Positions 62,784 to 64,000 of a stretch of DNA of 64,000 nucleotides are shown here, piece by piece. The position numbers were made by a program, and so were the translations under genes. The first letter of the stretch is position 1. Every line of letters starts with the position of its first letter. Below the pieces are notes generated by a model. The model was not told the DNA's origin. It ran no database searches and was given only the letters and a program-made list of their open reading frames with translations. The stretch covers positions 248,001 through 312,000 of the forward strand of contig DF236966.1 of the NCBI GenBank assembly GCA_000708835.1, given 5' to 3'. This DNA comes from Klebsormidium nitens (taxonomy: Eukaryota; Plantae; Klebsormidiophyceae).

Positions 62784-64000
62784 GTAAGCGCTTCTTTCTG
62801 GCAAGAAGTCCACTTATTTAAAACAAGTATGTTAGGTCCAGAAAAGCGCAGCGCCTGACTTTCCATCTGTGTGACTAGCGAGCTTGCCCTCTGCAACTCT
62901 CAGCATAGCCTGCAATGGGAGGTAAAGAGTCAAGTTTTGCTGGAGTTTGCGAATGGTTGCGGTACCTGGTGGTTGAGCTGAGTCGGCAATTCAGGTACTC
63001 GGGAGCCACTCCTCAATGGTACATGTAGTGCACAAGTTCTTGGTTGTCGTAAAAGTAGTAAGGAGCAATATTTGATGTGCCTGGATCGAAAAGGTCAGTA
63101 GGAGGAGCATTTCTGTTGGGCAATGCACACACATTAGGAAGTAGGAGGGTCTGATTGATTAAGCAGATGCAAATGCTGAGAGTACCGGCGGTTGAGCATG
63201 GCGCAGATAGTGTAGCACCTCACAAGTTGACTGTTTCGCTTCCAGGCGGAGCTATTGTGCAGCACGGCTCAGAGTAGTCCAGCCTCCTAGAGATCATTGA
63301 GTTATAGACGTTGAGCTCTGACAATGATCGATCCCACAGATTCTTCCTGTCTACTTCGAAGAAAAGAATGGTTTAAAGTCGCTTTGTTCTTTGTATTGGA
63401 GTGTCATGGCTATCCCTATCAAGGACATCGAAGCAACTCAGTTAGACTGCTTCCCAAGGGTTTTGCCTTCGTGGAAGGCCTCAGGGTTTGCCCCTTTGCA
63501 ATCGACTTGCTGCTTGCATCTTTCTGGCTGGGCTTATGTTGACCCGGTTGAGAGCAGTCCCCTCAGCGCAAATGAGGCCTCTTCTTGTCTTTGTTGTTGT
63601 ATCGTGGACAGAGTGACTCATCAGAACCAGCTTCACAATGCTGCTCAGAAGCTTTCCCTTGGAACGTCTTATACCAACTCCGAACACCTTTGGCCAGGTC
63701 AGTAAAGTAGCTGACACGAAGGGGCTAACACGTAGCTCCCTTGAAGATCAAGCCGCAATCCATAAAGTGGAATGCTTTCAGTAGTGGGTTGCTGTTTGCA
63801 ACCCAAATGGTGCACAATATTACTCGGAACAAGATTTCTTTACTAAAGGTGTGCACTTTCTGACTGTTCAAGGTACTTGTATCTGAGCCCTTTGACGATG
63901 TAGCCCAAACCCTCAACCCCGCAGGAGAAGTTTCAGCACCAGAGCCCTTTCAGAGCACCAGTTCCACCACCTCCTTCTCTTATCAATGTCTCCACCCCTC

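Overview
This is intron-rich eukaryotic nuclear DNA from a green plant. Gene content and splice signals suggest a charophyte alga such as Klebsormidium, but that is an inference. Genes from left to right: (1) a ~16 kb LRR receptor-like kinase (+) with a Cys-rich module, a SEA-like domain and a degenerate kinase domain; (2) a small predicted chloroplast membrane protein (-); (3) an intronless CDC26 ORF just upstream of a six-exon TTM3 (+), the plant bicistronic arrangement; (4) a multi-ubiquitin-like protein (+); (5) a PAO/ACD1-like Rieske oxygenase (-); (6) three tandem, intronless paralogs of an unrecognised multi-pass membrane protein, each with an internally duplicated two-Cys domain (+); (7) NAT10/Kre33 (-), head-to-head with (8) RPB6 (+); (9) the 5' part of a PMI1/PMIR-type NT-C2 gene (+). 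There are two N gaps. The most unusual signals are the uncharacterised membrane-protein trio, repeated decayed copies of exon-intron junctions inside introns of three genes, the RLK's domain architecture and probable pseudokinase, and an apparent GA-AG intron in NAT10. Exon coordinates were derived by hand from splice motifs and reading phase. No database searches were run.
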